Notes under the pieces: model-generated | Database searches by the model: none | The model's input: only the letters and a program-made list of their open reading frames with translations | Told to the model about the DNA's origin: nothing | Position numbers and translations under genes: made by a program | Source: an uncultured Nitrososphaeraceae archaeon | GTDB taxonomy: Archaea > Thermoproteota > Nitrososphaeria > Nitrososphaerales > Nitrososphaeraceae | Assembly (NCBI GenBank): GCA_963765895.1 | Contig: CAVXZB010000023.1 | Span: 237,879-301,878 of the forward strand | Length of the DNA stretch: 64,000 nt | Direction: 5' to 3' | Part shown: piece after piece, positions 48,125 to 59,786 of the stretch | How the letters are laid out: each line of letters starts with the position of its first letter | How positions within the stretch are numbered: position 1 is the first letter of the stretch

Positions 48125-48505
48125 TTAAAATGAAAACCATAAGAATGATTTTTCTGTTCCTTTGTTATTTTCATTCTCTACATCAAAGAGTCCTTTTTTT
48201 GCTTCATTACCGTGACTCCGCCTGGGAAACATTCTTTCGTAAGGTTCCAGGATCGTTCTGGAAAACTCAATTCCCTTCTCAGATGGCCTATAAATAGTAA
48301 TTCGTCGTTTATTAGACCTGATTTCTCGTTTAGTAATCAATCCATTAAGCTCCAAATTGTCAAGAATGAACTTGTGCTTTTTAAGATTCAATCCGCAGAA
48401 ACTAATTAAAGCTGTCTGATTCATTTCGCCATATTCAACAAGCTTTAGGATCAGATCTTTGACAATGTAAATCCTGTCTCTATATGTTGATTGGGAACCA
48501 GCCAT
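48125..48505 (-). CDS. Winged-helix transcription regulator
   Basis: YRDRIYIVKDLI, TALISFCGLN, IYRPSEKGIEF. Confidence 0.75.
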   Translation of the reverse strand: MAGSQSTYRDRIYIVKDLILKLVEYGEMNQTALISFCGLNLKKHKFILDNLELNGLITKREIRSNKRRITIYRPSEKGIEFSRTILEPYERMFPRRSHGNEAKKGLFDVENENNKGTEKSFLWFSF

Positions 48506-48815
48506 CAGAAATTAACTTACTCTCTTACTAATCAACAAATAATCTTCCATGTCATAATAATAACTTAACTAAACAATATGAAGTAATAGTCCATTTTTGT
48601 TATGAGAGTAGTATGCGAATCTGCAAAAATCTGATTCAATGGAAGCAGCCTTACGTTGATATCATGAGATAAGGGAAATTTATGCTAGACACATTTTCAT
48701 TCCGACTGGCTGACTTCTAAGCGATTTGACTGGAATAAACTAGTATGAAATTGAGTATTTAGCTTCACATTCTGTGCAATATAGCCGCGCTTAAATCTGA
48801 AACTGCCACAATTCC

Positions 48816-49358
48816 TTAACTTGATTTTTTAGATAGCACTGATTTCAGCCAATGAATACCAGATGTGGTAATCGTAAAAAGCATGGTGTCGACTCCATCT
48901 TTTGTATTATTTCGAAGTACGTGGCCTGACTTTACTAACTCAGATAAACGCGAGCTTACGGATTTTGGATTCAGCGTGGTGGCAAATTGAATCTGGGATA
49001 GACTCATTCCATCGATCTCGGTCCTTCCTAGCTCTTTTACAATTCTTGACGCTACTAACTGCAATGCGACCATTTGTTTATCAGAAACCTTTTTTATTCC
49101 TGTTTCTCTGGAATCTAAAATTATTCTCGGTCCCTCAGCCGTAATCTTAATGAAGGCTGCAAAAGACTCTATCAATTCTGTAGATGAATAATTTAGGGAA
49201 ATTCTCTTGGCAAGATCTAAAGTTGGTACTTGCTTCGATATAAATGCTATAGCAGATCGTAGAACAGATTCCGCAGATCCATTGAATTGTACTTTTATGT
49301 CTCCAATTGCAACTGAAACGCTAACGCTTGTGCTGTTAATATCATGATCATTTGACAT
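48816..49358 (-). CDS. Hypothetical protein with C-terminal wHTH
   Basis: PKSVSSRLSELVKSGHV....FTITTSGIHWL. Confidence 0.7.
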   Translation of the reverse strand: MSNDHDINSTSVSVSVAIGDIKVQFNGSAESVLRSAIAFISKQVPTLDLAKRISLNYSSTELIESFAAFIKITAEGPRIILDSRETGIKKVSDKQMVALQLVASRIVKELGRTEIDGMSLSQIQFATTLNPKSVSSRLSELVKSGHVLRNNTKDGVDTMLFTITTSGIHWLKSVLSKKSS

Positions 49359-50509
49359 CTTTATTACTCCAAAAAAATCCTAGTCGATAAATAGGAAGCA
49401 TAAGACTTCTGAAGCTCAAAAAGCTCGGATAGACTAGCGTATTTTCTTAAGACATTAATACATAACGAGCTTACAAATTCATAATCAAGATTCATATGAT
49501 GTACACCTTTAATGATCATATTTGTATCTCGGAGTAACTTATTCATTTAGATTTGATGTTTATATAATTAGATAGCGCCTTAATAAAGATAATATTAATG
49601 GCTCCGTTCTCGGCGAGAAGCAAATTGAGTACTATAAAAAAAATATTGAACTATGCAAGAATTTATGATTAATGTTCAGTCGTGAAATTTTCTGGATTAA
49701 ATCCTTATCTGTCCCATCGTATGTAACATTACCCTCTTAATATATAAATTCTAGATAGTGAATAATACATGTTTATCTGTACATTGATTTTTGGGGCAAC
49801 AAACATGCGGTAAGTTCAATCTATGGGCCAAAATATGAATATTGGTTCTGAAAACGATGTTCGTGACCTCTCGTGTAGTTGTATAGTCAACAGTTCTAAA
49901 TTTTAGTCTCCAAGGCACTGTATAATTATTTAATTAAATTCAGTCTTGTAATCGGCAGTCCACAGTCGTTATCAGGACAGTGATAAATGGTTTCGACTTT
50001 TAGATCATCCTCTCGCTCCGAAGGTTGTCGCTTTTGTCGTATGAAAAAAATACTATCGAAATGTCTACCAATGTATAGGTGTGTGTACGTACGAACAAAA
50101 GTACGTCGATGGTCTATCTAGATTTCATCGAGCGTAAGTTCGATTTTCGTAGCCGAAAAGATGCAAAGTTAATTCATCTCGGCAGTTCACTATATTAAAT
50201 ACATCACTGTTTATCTTTGATACTAAACTTAGTGTCATATCATCTTACGATCTGGCGTAAATCTCACAGTTCATTGATGGTTCAAGTAGTTAAGTCTTGT
50301 CATGGAATTCCCCTATATCAGTCTCACGCGTCGATGATAAACTGGGCAGTCTTTGAAATAGCTTAATTTAATCGTAACCCGCTAGCTAAAAACCCCTGGT
50401 TGTTCTTGATAAAACGAGTCAATGTTAAAGATGAATCACTCAGAAATTATTACTATAAAAATAATTTAGGCAATTATTATATACTATACTTGCATACTTT
50501 GAACTTAAC

Positions 50510-50734
50510 ATGAACTCTAGCATTGAGGAATTAGAAATTGCCTCCGGCTTGAAGAAAATGCTAATAGATGCTGGATTCACTGTAGACTCAATTCTTCATT
50601 ACGGCGTCGATGAAATTTCGACTATTTTGGGTATAGAAATTTACGTTGCAAAAATAATATTTGACGCCGCAAAGAGAATCGAACAAACGAAACAAAGCAG
50701 TAATTTCCTTAAAGGTTCAGTTGTTGCCACATAA
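50510..50734 (+). CDS. Small helix-hairpin-helix-like protein
   Basis: LIDAGFTVDSI...EISTILGIE...AK.I..AA resembles RadA N-terminal HhH. Confidence 0.55.
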   Translation: MNSSIEELEIASGLKKMLIDAGFTVDSILHYGVDEISTILGIEIYVAKIIFDAAKRIEQTKQSSNFLKGSVVAT

Positions 50735-50924
50735 GAGTAATGCATAATGGTAAATAAGCCTCATAGTAGGCCTATAAAGCAAAACTCGTCCCACTGCATT
50801 TTGTACTAATACAATCTAGTCCGACGAATAATCGTGCGAATGTTTACGATACAGTATGTAAGGACAACAGGCCTGGTCGATCAGGAGCATCAAAAGAGAT
50901 AAGTAACCAAGAGTACTTGTAGAT

Positions 50925-51611
50925 TTGTTGGATAGCAAGGGATATTATGCGGTTTTTGGTATTTCTGAACATGCTAGTTATCAAGAAATAAAAAGGGCAT
51001 ATAGACATCTTGCTAGAAAATATCATCCCGACAGGAATACATCTGGCATATCTGATGAAATGATAAAGAGGATAAATGCTGCGTTTGAGATTCTATCAGA
51101 TAAGGATAAACGACACAAGTATGACCATTCCGAACATTATGGGGTGGTTCCTGGCTCCTCTGATCGAGAATCTGATGAGCAAACACATGTCAAGAAAGAG
51201 GAGGACAGTTCAGTTTATCGTGACGATAAAACCTACAAACCAGCTGATCCGAATACCTACAATTTTGTAGATAGTAGTGATTCGAGTCCCAGGCAATCAA
51301 ATGTTCGAAATAACTATGTGCAATTTGCAGAATTCGGCACAAACTCGACATTGATTTCAGGTCTTTTAGATATCCCAAAGGGTCGTTTCCACCTTGTTAT
51401 TGAGCCGTCTCTTTGCATGGCGTTCGGAAGTTGTGAAACCCTCGCTCCCAAGGTATTTGTTGTAGAAAAAAACAAGAGGATAAACCCCAAGGCAAAGGTT
51501 GCGTCAGAAGTCGATGCGACATTTGATGAGATACTTTCTGCCGCACAAACCTGCCCCACAAAGGCAATCAAAATTATAGACAGGTATACTGGGGAACAGA
51601 TTTATCCATAG
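50925..51611 (+). CDS. DnaJ-ferredoxin fusion protein
   Basis: J domain with HPD; C-terminal CMAFGSCETLAP...CPTKAI. Confidence 0.9.
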   Translation: MLDSKGYYAVFGISEHASYQEIKRAYRHLARKYHPDRNTSGISDEMIKRINAAFEILSDKDKRHKYDHSEHYGVVPGSSDRESDEQTHVKKEEDSSVYRDDKTYKPADPNTYNFVDSSDSSPRQSNVRNNYVQFAEFGTNSTLISGLLDIPKGRFHLVIEPSLCMAFGSCETLAPKVFVVEKNKRINPKAKVASEVDATFDEILSAAQTCPTKAIKIIDRYTGEQIYP

Positions 51612-51916
51612 CCCCACTAAGAAGAGTGAAATATCTGGTTTAAACCATATATGGCAATTAGGAGAATAGCATATTCTTGACGTAACGCGTTGCATTCCAT
51701 TATTATAGAGCGGCTCAACCATTAAACCGGATTCCAGTCTTTCCTAGTAGTCATGGCAATCGGTAAATGAAATTTGACCAGGCTGAAGTACAAGGTCTAT
51801 ACAACAGATAACATGTATTACATTAGCTTTGTATGTACTCGAGTTGTATGATAATTTTCATAAAAATGGTCATGACGTTACGAAAAGTCATATCACACAT
51901 ATCACATCGTGCGAAC

Positions 51917-53719
51917 TCAATTCATCTTCTTTATTGATTGAATTCTTTCTGAAACCAAGTCGAACCCTTGTTGCCAGAATCCCTCTGCGGTAATATCTAT
52001 GCCGGCCCCCTTTAACAAAGTTTCAGGTTTCTGTGAACCGCCAGCCGATAAAATACCCAAATATTTCGGTATAAAACCTTTACCCTCTTTCTTATACTGA
52101 CTGTAAAGTGATAATGCTAATAAATTGCCAAAAGAATAGGCATAGCAATAAAATGGAGTATGATAAAAGTGTGGTATGAACAGCCATTCCCAACTGAAAT
52201 CTGCGGTAACATGTACGGAATGACCAAACTGTTGTTTTAAATTGTTGAGGTAAATCTGAGCAATTCCTTCCGCTGGTATATTTGCCTCTGCTATAGCTTT
52301 ATGTGCATTAATTTCAAAAATTGTGAAATAGGCCTGTCTCATTATTGTAGCATAAAAATCATCAATCTGTTGAGCTAGGAACGACTTATATTCTTCCGGC
52401 TCTAATCCAGAGGATAGGCTATCATTTAAGAGCATTTCGGCAAACACGGATGCAGTTTCTGCCAATGGAAGGGGCGCGTGGGCTACAAAAAATGGATTAG
52501 ATGAGGCACAGATACTATGAATAGCGTGACCCAATTCGTGAGACATGGTAGAAACGTCCCTTCGTGTGCCGTCAAAGTTGAGTAAAACATAAGGTGTTAT
52601 TTTAGGTGAGATCGTCGAACAAAATGCTCCACTCTGTTTATTTTTCCTGATTTCATAATCGAGATGCTTATCAAGGAAAAGTCTCTGCGCAAACTCTCTA
52701 AAGGTAGGAGTAAAATCTTTGAATGTTTTTAGCACTAGAGATTTGGCTTGATTATATGTAATTTTCTTTTGATAGGCTGCATTTGACAATAATGGAGCAT
52801 ATAGATGATATCTATGAAGTTTTCTCATTCCAAGGAATTTGGCTTTTTCTTGGAAATAGCTATGAAAAATTGATGCATTACGTTTACATGCATCTAATAA
52901 TGTTTGGATTGTAGAATCTTCTATATTATTAAACATATTTCGTACTGAAATGGCTGAATCGAACCCTCTCATATTCATGAATTCATCTCGCCACTGGATC
53001 ACTCGGTTCATGTAAATTTCTGACAGTATGCCGCTATTTTTCTTGTATACCTCTAATAATGATCTATATGCAGCTTCCCTTTCTTCGTGCTTTGAACTTC
53101 GTATCATTGAGACTAATTTTTCTTTATTGAAGAATTTTTTTTTGGTAATGGTTTTGTTCTTTTTGATGGAAACTATAAATTCTAATCCGTTCGAAAATCT
53201 ATCATAGATTTTTATTAGCGCATTAGTCCCGGTAACTTCCAAAGTATTGATAATTTTCTCTTCCGGCTCAGTCAGCGTATATTTAGATAGCAACCTTCTA
53301 TGTTTAAGAAATTCTCTGTACACTTCTGGTACCGAATCGATCAATCTGCGAGCATCATCCTCATTTACTAGCTTCTTAAACCACATATCAAAAAATAGAA
53401 GTCTATTAGACAAATTGGATGAAAGGGCATCCATTTTTGTCATAAGAGCAGCGCCGTCGTTTGAAGAAGTATCAGTTGCGTACAATAAATGGGAATATCC
53501 AGCTGCAATACTCATCCTTTCAGAAATATTTTCAACTGAAAGAAGAAGTTTTTTAAAATCGGCCGCAGAGATTGTGTCTACAAGGATTTGATTTTTGGCT
53601 TCGACATATCTTACTTGCTTTTCGATGGATCGCAAAAATTTTTCAAATCCTTCCTTGTATGACTTTTCAAGATCTCCGAGCTCCCAAGAACCAATCTTAG
53701 GTTTAACTTTAGCAACCAT
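51917..53719 (-). CDS. pepF: M3-family oligoendopeptidase F
   Basis: HELGH, AETASVFAE, IPHFYHTPFYCYAYSFG. Confidence 0.92.
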   Translation of the reverse strand: MVAKVKPKIGSWELGDLEKSYKEGFEKFLRSIEKQVRYVEAKNQILVDTISAADFKKLLLSVENISERMSIAAGYSHLLYATDTSSNDGAALMTKMDALSSNLSNRLLFFDMWFKKLVNEDDARRLIDSVPEVYREFLKHRRLLSKYTLTEPEEKIINTLEVTGTNALIKIYDRFSNGLEFIVSIKKNKTITKKKFFNKEKLVSMIRSSKHEEREAAYRSLLEVYKKNSGILSEIYMNRVIQWRDEFMNMRGFDSAISVRNMFNNIEDSTIQTLLDACKRNASIFHSYFQEKAKFLGMRKLHRYHLYAPLLSNAAYQKKITYNQAKSLVLKTFKDFTPTFREFAQRLFLDKHLDYEIRKNKQSGAFCSTISPKITPYVLLNFDGTRRDVSTMSHELGHAIHSICASSNPFFVAHAPLPLAETASVFAEMLLNDSLSSGLEPEEYKSFLAQQIDDFYATIMRQAYFTIFEINAHKAIAEANIPAEGIAQIYLNNLKQQFGHSVHVTADFSWEWLFIPHFYHTPFYCYAYSFGNLLALSLYSQYKKEGKGFIPKYLGILSAGGSQKPETLLKGAGIDITAEGFWQQGFDLVSERIQSIKKMN

Positions 53720-53937
53720 ATAATGAAGGACTGAGTCATTACAACTATCTAGTGACTTATAATTGATTCAGAAATTAGAGATTCAAATGTGTCGTAAATG
53801 TGTAGGCGGACCAGACGGATAATCATACCAGACAGAGCTCTGGGCCCATCTTATGACAATTCGCGTATAAAATCGCTGGAGCAAAAGGGTACCAGAGAGT
53901 AGAGTAGGGGCCGGTTTGTAATATCTATTATAAGAGG

Positions 53938-54600
53938 TTGCTAATCTGGATAGATAGGTTCCGCGAGCTCGATATACCTCACGTATTTACGAATAGACCA
54001 ACACGGGACATATTAGAATATAGAAAATCTGAATACAGTATATGTAATTGGGTTTTTCTAAAGTTGCTGAATATCCATATGGGAAATGAATCTAGTTTGA
54101 CATCCATTTCCACGATCAACCCTACTACAAGCTTCCATACAAGAACGTGGTTGTTTCTCTTTGATACGAAAAAATATTTATTAGATTTGAAGGATATCCC
54201 TGGGCCGTTTAACACCGTCCTGATTTTACTGCGATGCAAGACGATAAAATTCTTGCAGTATCTAATGGGAAAACCCATACGAAACGAAAAATCACTGAAT
54301 CTCAAAACAAGATGCTTGCATCCATTGCATCCATCGTAAATCTGGACACGAACTTTGGAGGTGGGATATTCCCTAATCATCCTAAGGCCCTGGATGACCA
54401 GAATAAAAGAGAAATGGGGAGACTTGTCGCAATTCTTTCTGTACGCTATCCAAGAGATATTAATCAACTTAAAAAAAATTAGACGAAAAGTTGCTAATAT
54501 GTCGTGGAATGATTCTCCAGTTGAATAAAGAAGTGATCTCCTCGAAATATATAGAGTAGATTGAAGGCCAACAATTAGGAAAGGAGGCAAGATATCATTT
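53938..54600 (+). pseudogene. Decayed PD-(D/E)xK nuclease, McrC/DUF524-like
   Basis: Fragments NTVY..WVFLK (~54049), RPDF (54216), KMLAS and GGGIFP in family order, broken by stops and shifts. Confidence 0.45.
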
Positions 54601-54779
54601 GGATCAGACTTTTTATGTTTTCAAAATGTCTCCTGCTAACTCCGGATACGCAGTATCCATGAAGAGAGATTCTCGGTGTTCTATAATCTACGTGATCGTT
54701 TCAAAACTAGAAATGTAAGTGAGTGTAGAGTTGAAATTCTTGGGAAAGATATGGGTGTTTCTCGATCTATGTTATGATT

Positions 54780-54843
54780 AGCGTATTACTTATCTAAGCG
54801 TATTACTTATCTAAGCGTATTACTTATCTAAGCGTATTACTTA
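54780..54843 (+). repeat. 17-bp tandem repeat, ~3.8 copies
   Basis: AGCGTATTACTTATCTA x3 plus AGCGTATTACTTA. Confidence 0.95.
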
Positions 54844-54983
54844 GGTTTCCTAAGTCGGAATTAATATTTATCATAGATCGTGTCATATTGATAATTATTT
54901 TAATTCCCATATTCGAAATAATGATAATATTATATAGATTCTATTTTACTTGCTTTATCAGCGTCAATTTCCATAATGAGTAG

Positions 54984-55916
54984 TTAGTCACCTCCCAATT
55001 CTGAGTGACCAAATGTATACTCTTCTGTATACATCCTTATCTGGCTACTTACTGCTTGTCTTTGTAAGTTATGATCTTGTTCATCATTCTGGTGTAGAAT
55101 ATTACCAGAGTAATTTGTAATAATCTTCTTCGTTTCCTCTCTTGCTATGTTATTATATATCTTATCAGCTTCTTCCATTATCACAGTTTTACAGGCTTCA
55201 AGATAGTACTATTTGAGCGGCTTTGCCTGCAAGTGTACCGAGTCATCAGGTTTACTATTACACTCAATCAAGACATTATATTTTTCAGGGTCGTCTCTTA
55301 TTGATTTAGTCACAGATGAAACTGCATACTCTAAAAGTGGCTTTCCAGCTGATAAAATGCCAATTATCTTTTCTTCAACAAACTTTTGTAATTTGAGGTA
55401 TCCTTCGTTATTGTTTTCAAGATCTCTTACCAGGTTCTCTTGTCTTTTTCTTTGTTGGGATAGCTGGTCCAGCTTCGCCAATTCTTTTTGGCAAAGAGAA
55501 CTGTAGTGTAGCCACATGTTCCGGATTCATATTTGCATCTTTCATCCGCTTGAACAACTCTACAAATGATTCCATGTCATCTGTGATTGCTTGATACATC
55601 TGATGGAGGTTGTCCATTTTTTACAACTTGAAATATTCTTTGAGATATTGATCTACTTCTTGCTCTCTTATGTTTAACGTAATTGCTACCTCTACTGGAT
55701 TTTTACCTTTCGTAAACAGTTTGTAGGCCTGCGTGGAGACACATGCCTTTTGTACTTGCTCTTCTATTGCCTCCCTATCCTTGGCTGCGTCCCTTATAAC
55801 CGCTCCTATGTAGCCAAACGAGGTATGAGTTCTTTCAGTCTATCACACGTGTATTATAGCCCTTGGTCATGAAGATCTACAATGAGTTGTTTCTTTTCTT
55901 GAATTGTTAAGACCAT
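54984..55916 (-). pseudogene. Fragmented HTH/coiled-coil protein gene
   Basis: MVLTIQEKKQLIVDLHDQG.., TSFGYIGAVI, TQAYKLFTKGKNPVEVAITLNI, then track ORFs 55417..55617, 55209..55517 and 54984..55184; several stops and shifts. Confidence 0.65.
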
Positions 55917-55974
55917 TTGTCCTAATTAGTAAATAGCGAATAAAAAAGAATGAAATTGATCATCTCCGTGCTAC

Positions 55975-56009
55975 GTACTTATTATCCCTGCTAGTACTTA
56001 TTATCCCTG
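55975..56009 (+). repeat. 16-bp direct repeat, 19-bp period
   Basis: GTACTTATTATCCCTG at 55975 and 55994. Confidence 0.85.
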
Positions 56010-56902
56010 TTATCCTTTGTTTCCGCCTGATCTCACCTGCTATCCGGATTTTAGGTTAAGTTTAGAATGGATAGTTATGATGAATGAAATTATTTATTTT
56101 TGTATAGATAAATGGTTTAAGAGATGGTCATTGTTAAATCAATGTCAAATATAGCATGTTAGAAACTTTTGATTGCTAACTGCTATTCAAGACTTGACTA
56201 GAGTGAATGTAATGCGTCATTAGTTATTAATACATTGTCGATAATCAAGATTTTCCGTTGATAATATATAAATTACAGTGGTAACCGGGCTTGCCAAACC
56301 AGGCGTGAAAAGTCCTCATCTATTGACAAATCATAGTTAGACTAATAAAGTCTCAATGACGCGGATTCACGATTAACTCCAACCCTAAGCGAAACCTAAC
56401 GTAGGTCGCCATTCCTATCATTCATATATTCAAGGAGGATTAGCTACCCTATTTGTTCATACCATTAGATGGTGTTCAATATTACATAACATCAACATCA
56501 TGTTACGATGAATTCTACATTATATTGAGGACAAAGTAGCCAAGTGCTATTATTATTGGTACATGTCTTGGCTTGGACCATGTGCAGAGGTCAAATACCA
56601 TGCAATCTATGACTGTAATGGCTGAAGCGTGCCGTTTCGAATGGATATGAGCAAAATGATTTATTCAGACGTAATTGCATACTATGCGTGTATCAATCAT
56701 CATCCAAAGGAAGGACAAAGGACTTCGATTTCTGCATGAAGATGAATTAAAATGGAGATGTTTAGTATGAAAATAGGACTTGGCGCACTCGCAATTCTGG
56801 TGTTACCTGGACTAATAAAAAAAGAGCATTTTGCCCGTTCAAGAAAGGAGTGGTTTTAGACGAATTATTACCTTAGTTCGTTCATTAATGAATTAATGAA
56901 TC

Positions 56903-57923
56903 TTACCTATATTTGTTCCAATCAACTTTTTCTAACGCATTGTCCGCTAACTCAAGGCATTGCCTATTTACTCCGCTAATGTAAAATCGTCAATAACCTG
57001 ATTATTCTTAATGTATGAATCACGCTCGACTAATTTTGAGTAAAAATCGTCAATGCGTATATAGTCATCAGGTTCGCGGATAATTTCATGACTATCCATA
57101 TGGCGCTCAGAAAATATGCTTACGGATAAAACACTATAATCTAACCCCCTTTTCCAGATTTCATCGGTAGGCAGGTTGGCCTGAGTAAACGGATGAGATT
57201 TGAGTAACTTGCGAGCATCGATTATTTCTTTTGTAATTCGTTGTAAAAACCGTCCCCTCTTGCTGCCAGAGCTAATTGAATCGTACATTTTTCTGTATAG
57301 TACATATAAAATTACAATTGAATATGCTAATATGGAATAGGAGATAAAGTAGTAGAAGTCGGGGGAATAAAACGGGTTCTCTAACAAAATATCTAAGAAA
57401 GAAGGGAGTTGCTGACTTTTTCCACTTGTTACTTTGCTCCCGTGGTCGTCGGTCACATAAACTACATAGTCTCTGTAGTTTGCAGCAGCTTACACGATTT
57501 TTGATTTCCGTGCCATTTGTGCCAATGGCCAATTTAATTATCGAACCACCTCCATTAACGAATTTTTTTATATGTAGTTCTAAGAGCTGGGCTATTAGTT
57601 GTATTAAGTTGATTTATTTTGAATAACGACATACGTCCCTGGTTCACTAAAAATACATTGGTGGTACTTAGTAGATTTGTAATATTATTAATAGTATGAT
57701 TACTTGCTGTTATCATTAGCGAAAGATTAGTTGCAGGGATTGTCCCGCTATTTGTGATATTGATTATTTGTTTGCCTTTTTCTTGTTCTTGACTTATGAC
57801 AGCATTTACGTTGGGTTTATTATAAAATTGATTAATAAAAAAAGACGAAGCCGCAGGGAGAACAACACCAGATATACCTATAATTGCAACAACTATAGGA
57901 GTAACTGTTCCCCAATTAACCAT
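56903..57923 (-). pseudogene. Two-TM protein with extracellular beta domain, split by three frameshifts
   Basis: ORFs 57555..57983, 57272..57532 and 56968..57456 join into one reading (..LELHIKKFVNGGGS..NYRDYVVYVTDDHGS..); tail VNRQCLELADNALEKVDWNKYR* ends at 56903. Confidence 0.55.
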
Positions 57924-58371
57924 TGTCTCTCCTATAGGAGGATATATTGTCTCTTGTCTATTTACTTTGGCGATAAATCGCAAGTGTTTTAGACCTGAGT
58001 CCTGTTATAGAAAAATCATCCTTTAGTGATATTATTAGAGCCGCTAATAAAACCTCCTTTTTTATACGCCTAAAACGATATCTTTTGATGGTCACAAAGC
58101 CTGCACGTTCCAATGGTAGTCAAGGTATGAAGACTATATAGGCAAAATCTTATAGTTTTTCCTTAAATGTAATATACCTAACCATATCTCACCGACTTAC
58201 TCAATGCTGATTCAGGTTAAAAACCGGCCCTTAATTAGGTCAAATTTTATTCACACACACGGACGAGTCCACACCTGGTCATGGCTAGCACTTAGAGATA
58301 ACCCAAGAGAAGACGGCCAGGAAGCATTGCTGTGATTTACCCACTGCATATTCGTTGCCATAAGATTGCGA

Positions 58372-58493
58372 ACCCGGGATACCCGGGATAGTTTGAATTG
58401 TATTATAACTTCAGCTTAGTTTATTGATAACATAATATTCAATATAGATCTAAATTCTTCTTTAGGTTAAAAAATAACCCGGGTATCCCGGGT
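58372..58493. repeat. 16-bp perfect inverted repeat around a 90-bp AT-rich spacer
   Basis: ACCCGGGATACCCGGG (58372-58387) and CCCGGGTATCCCGGGT (58478-58493). Confidence 0.9.
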
Positions 58494-59450
58494 GTTAATG
58501 ACCAGATGCAATTCTATTTAGTCAGTGCAATTACACACTCAAACTACTAGCAATAATTATGGACGCTCGGTCGGAAACTGGAGGGCATAATCACGCATAT
58601 CCCCAATCAATGCTATGAAGCAGGGCATTGCGGACAGATTAAATCCTGACGTAATTAACTCACATTTGATTCGAATAGCGCACCAGATCAAGTACAATGA
58701 TCCGGCTGCGAATAGAGTTATTAAAAATCCAAAACTGACTTAGGAATAATGATTCTATTGATAGGTAAAGACATTATGGCCGGTGATGAACCATATATCA
58801 GTCAACCCCTTGACGATATCTATAGATAGTATCAGCTTGTCCGTGCGAATCAACGTGCTAGTCCGTTAATACGTAATAAGTTCAACACATCGGATAACAT
58901 TTGACTATTTAACCAAGTCCGGCTTAATTATCCCAGAAATGGCAATATAACCAGATATGCAAGATGCCAGATTATAAAGATCATCAAAAGTATATGGATC
59001 CTAGGTATAGAGAGCGACAGCCAAATCAGACAAATGATGTTAGAATTACTAAGGAGAATTTACTCAATTGCACCGTTCGTCTGACAACATATAGGCACCC
59101 AGCCAGCCTGTACAGTTACAGATAAAGGAAGCCCAGAGGTGCCAGGCGCGCCATTTCTACAACGGCAAGGCAATCGTAATTGTCAATAGACCAAGTGCGT
59201 GTAGATAACTGGACTGAGTCGAAAGGTAGTAAAAGTAAGCATATGCACGGTGTTAGCTCGGGCCGTTCCGAGGCTAGCTAAGTGCTCCATAATATTCATG
59301 GAATTTGTCAGTACCAGGCTTAAAATGATAGTGCTCGATACACGCCCTGAATGTTATGACATCTTGATATAACATTTCCATATCTATATGCCCATTACCT
59401 AACGCTACCCTGAGCGACTCTTTGATGGTAATACGAAAAAACCCGCATGC

Positions 59451-59786
59451 CTAGGGAGGCATTAATGGTTCTTGCTTGCATGGAGATGATGTGTATACGC
59501 ATGGATTTTCGTTAAGAAAGCGTTGGCGTAGTGCAGCCTTGGTTTTGGCTATATCGGCCACACTTGTCGAAGGAGCGTATCCACACGCAGCACCCATAGA
59601 ACCATCACATTTACTACCTCTAAAGCAACATGTAGTACCATCACAGTTAGGGCCTAACTGATAATCAATCTGTCTACGCGCCACTGTGCCCGGTGTGAAT
59701 CTACTCTGGATGTTGGCATGACCTGGCGCTCCCTTAGGGTACTGGAAGTGGCTTGCGTGGTGTGCTAGATGGCGCTTCTGGTGCAC
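59451..59786 (-). CDS. Cys/His-rich hypothetical protein
   Basis: 111 codons open with 7 Cys, visibly GC-richer than flanks; T-run after the stop. Confidence 0.45.
   Translation of the reverse strand: MHQKRHLAHHASHFQYPKGAPGHANIQSRFTPGTVARRQIDYQLGPNCDGTTCCFRGSKCDGSMGAACGYAPSTSVADIAKTKAALRQRFLNENPCVYTSSPCKQEPLMPP

Noticed and set aside
53800-53915. tRNA or att site at the island's left edge
   Set aside because: Only a weak hairpin (CTCTGGGCCC/GGGTACCAGAG); no T-loop motif or cloverleaf, and no partner repeat in the window.
53979-54590. 203-aa minus-strand ORF
   Set aside because: Non-protein-like composition; the plus strand carries the nuclease-like motifs.
54780-54843. Possible CRISPR array
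   Set aside because: Head-to-tail 17-bp units with no spacers and no cas genes.
59245-59285. Stable hairpin as possible ncRNA
   Set aside because: A single hairpin with no further recognisable structure.
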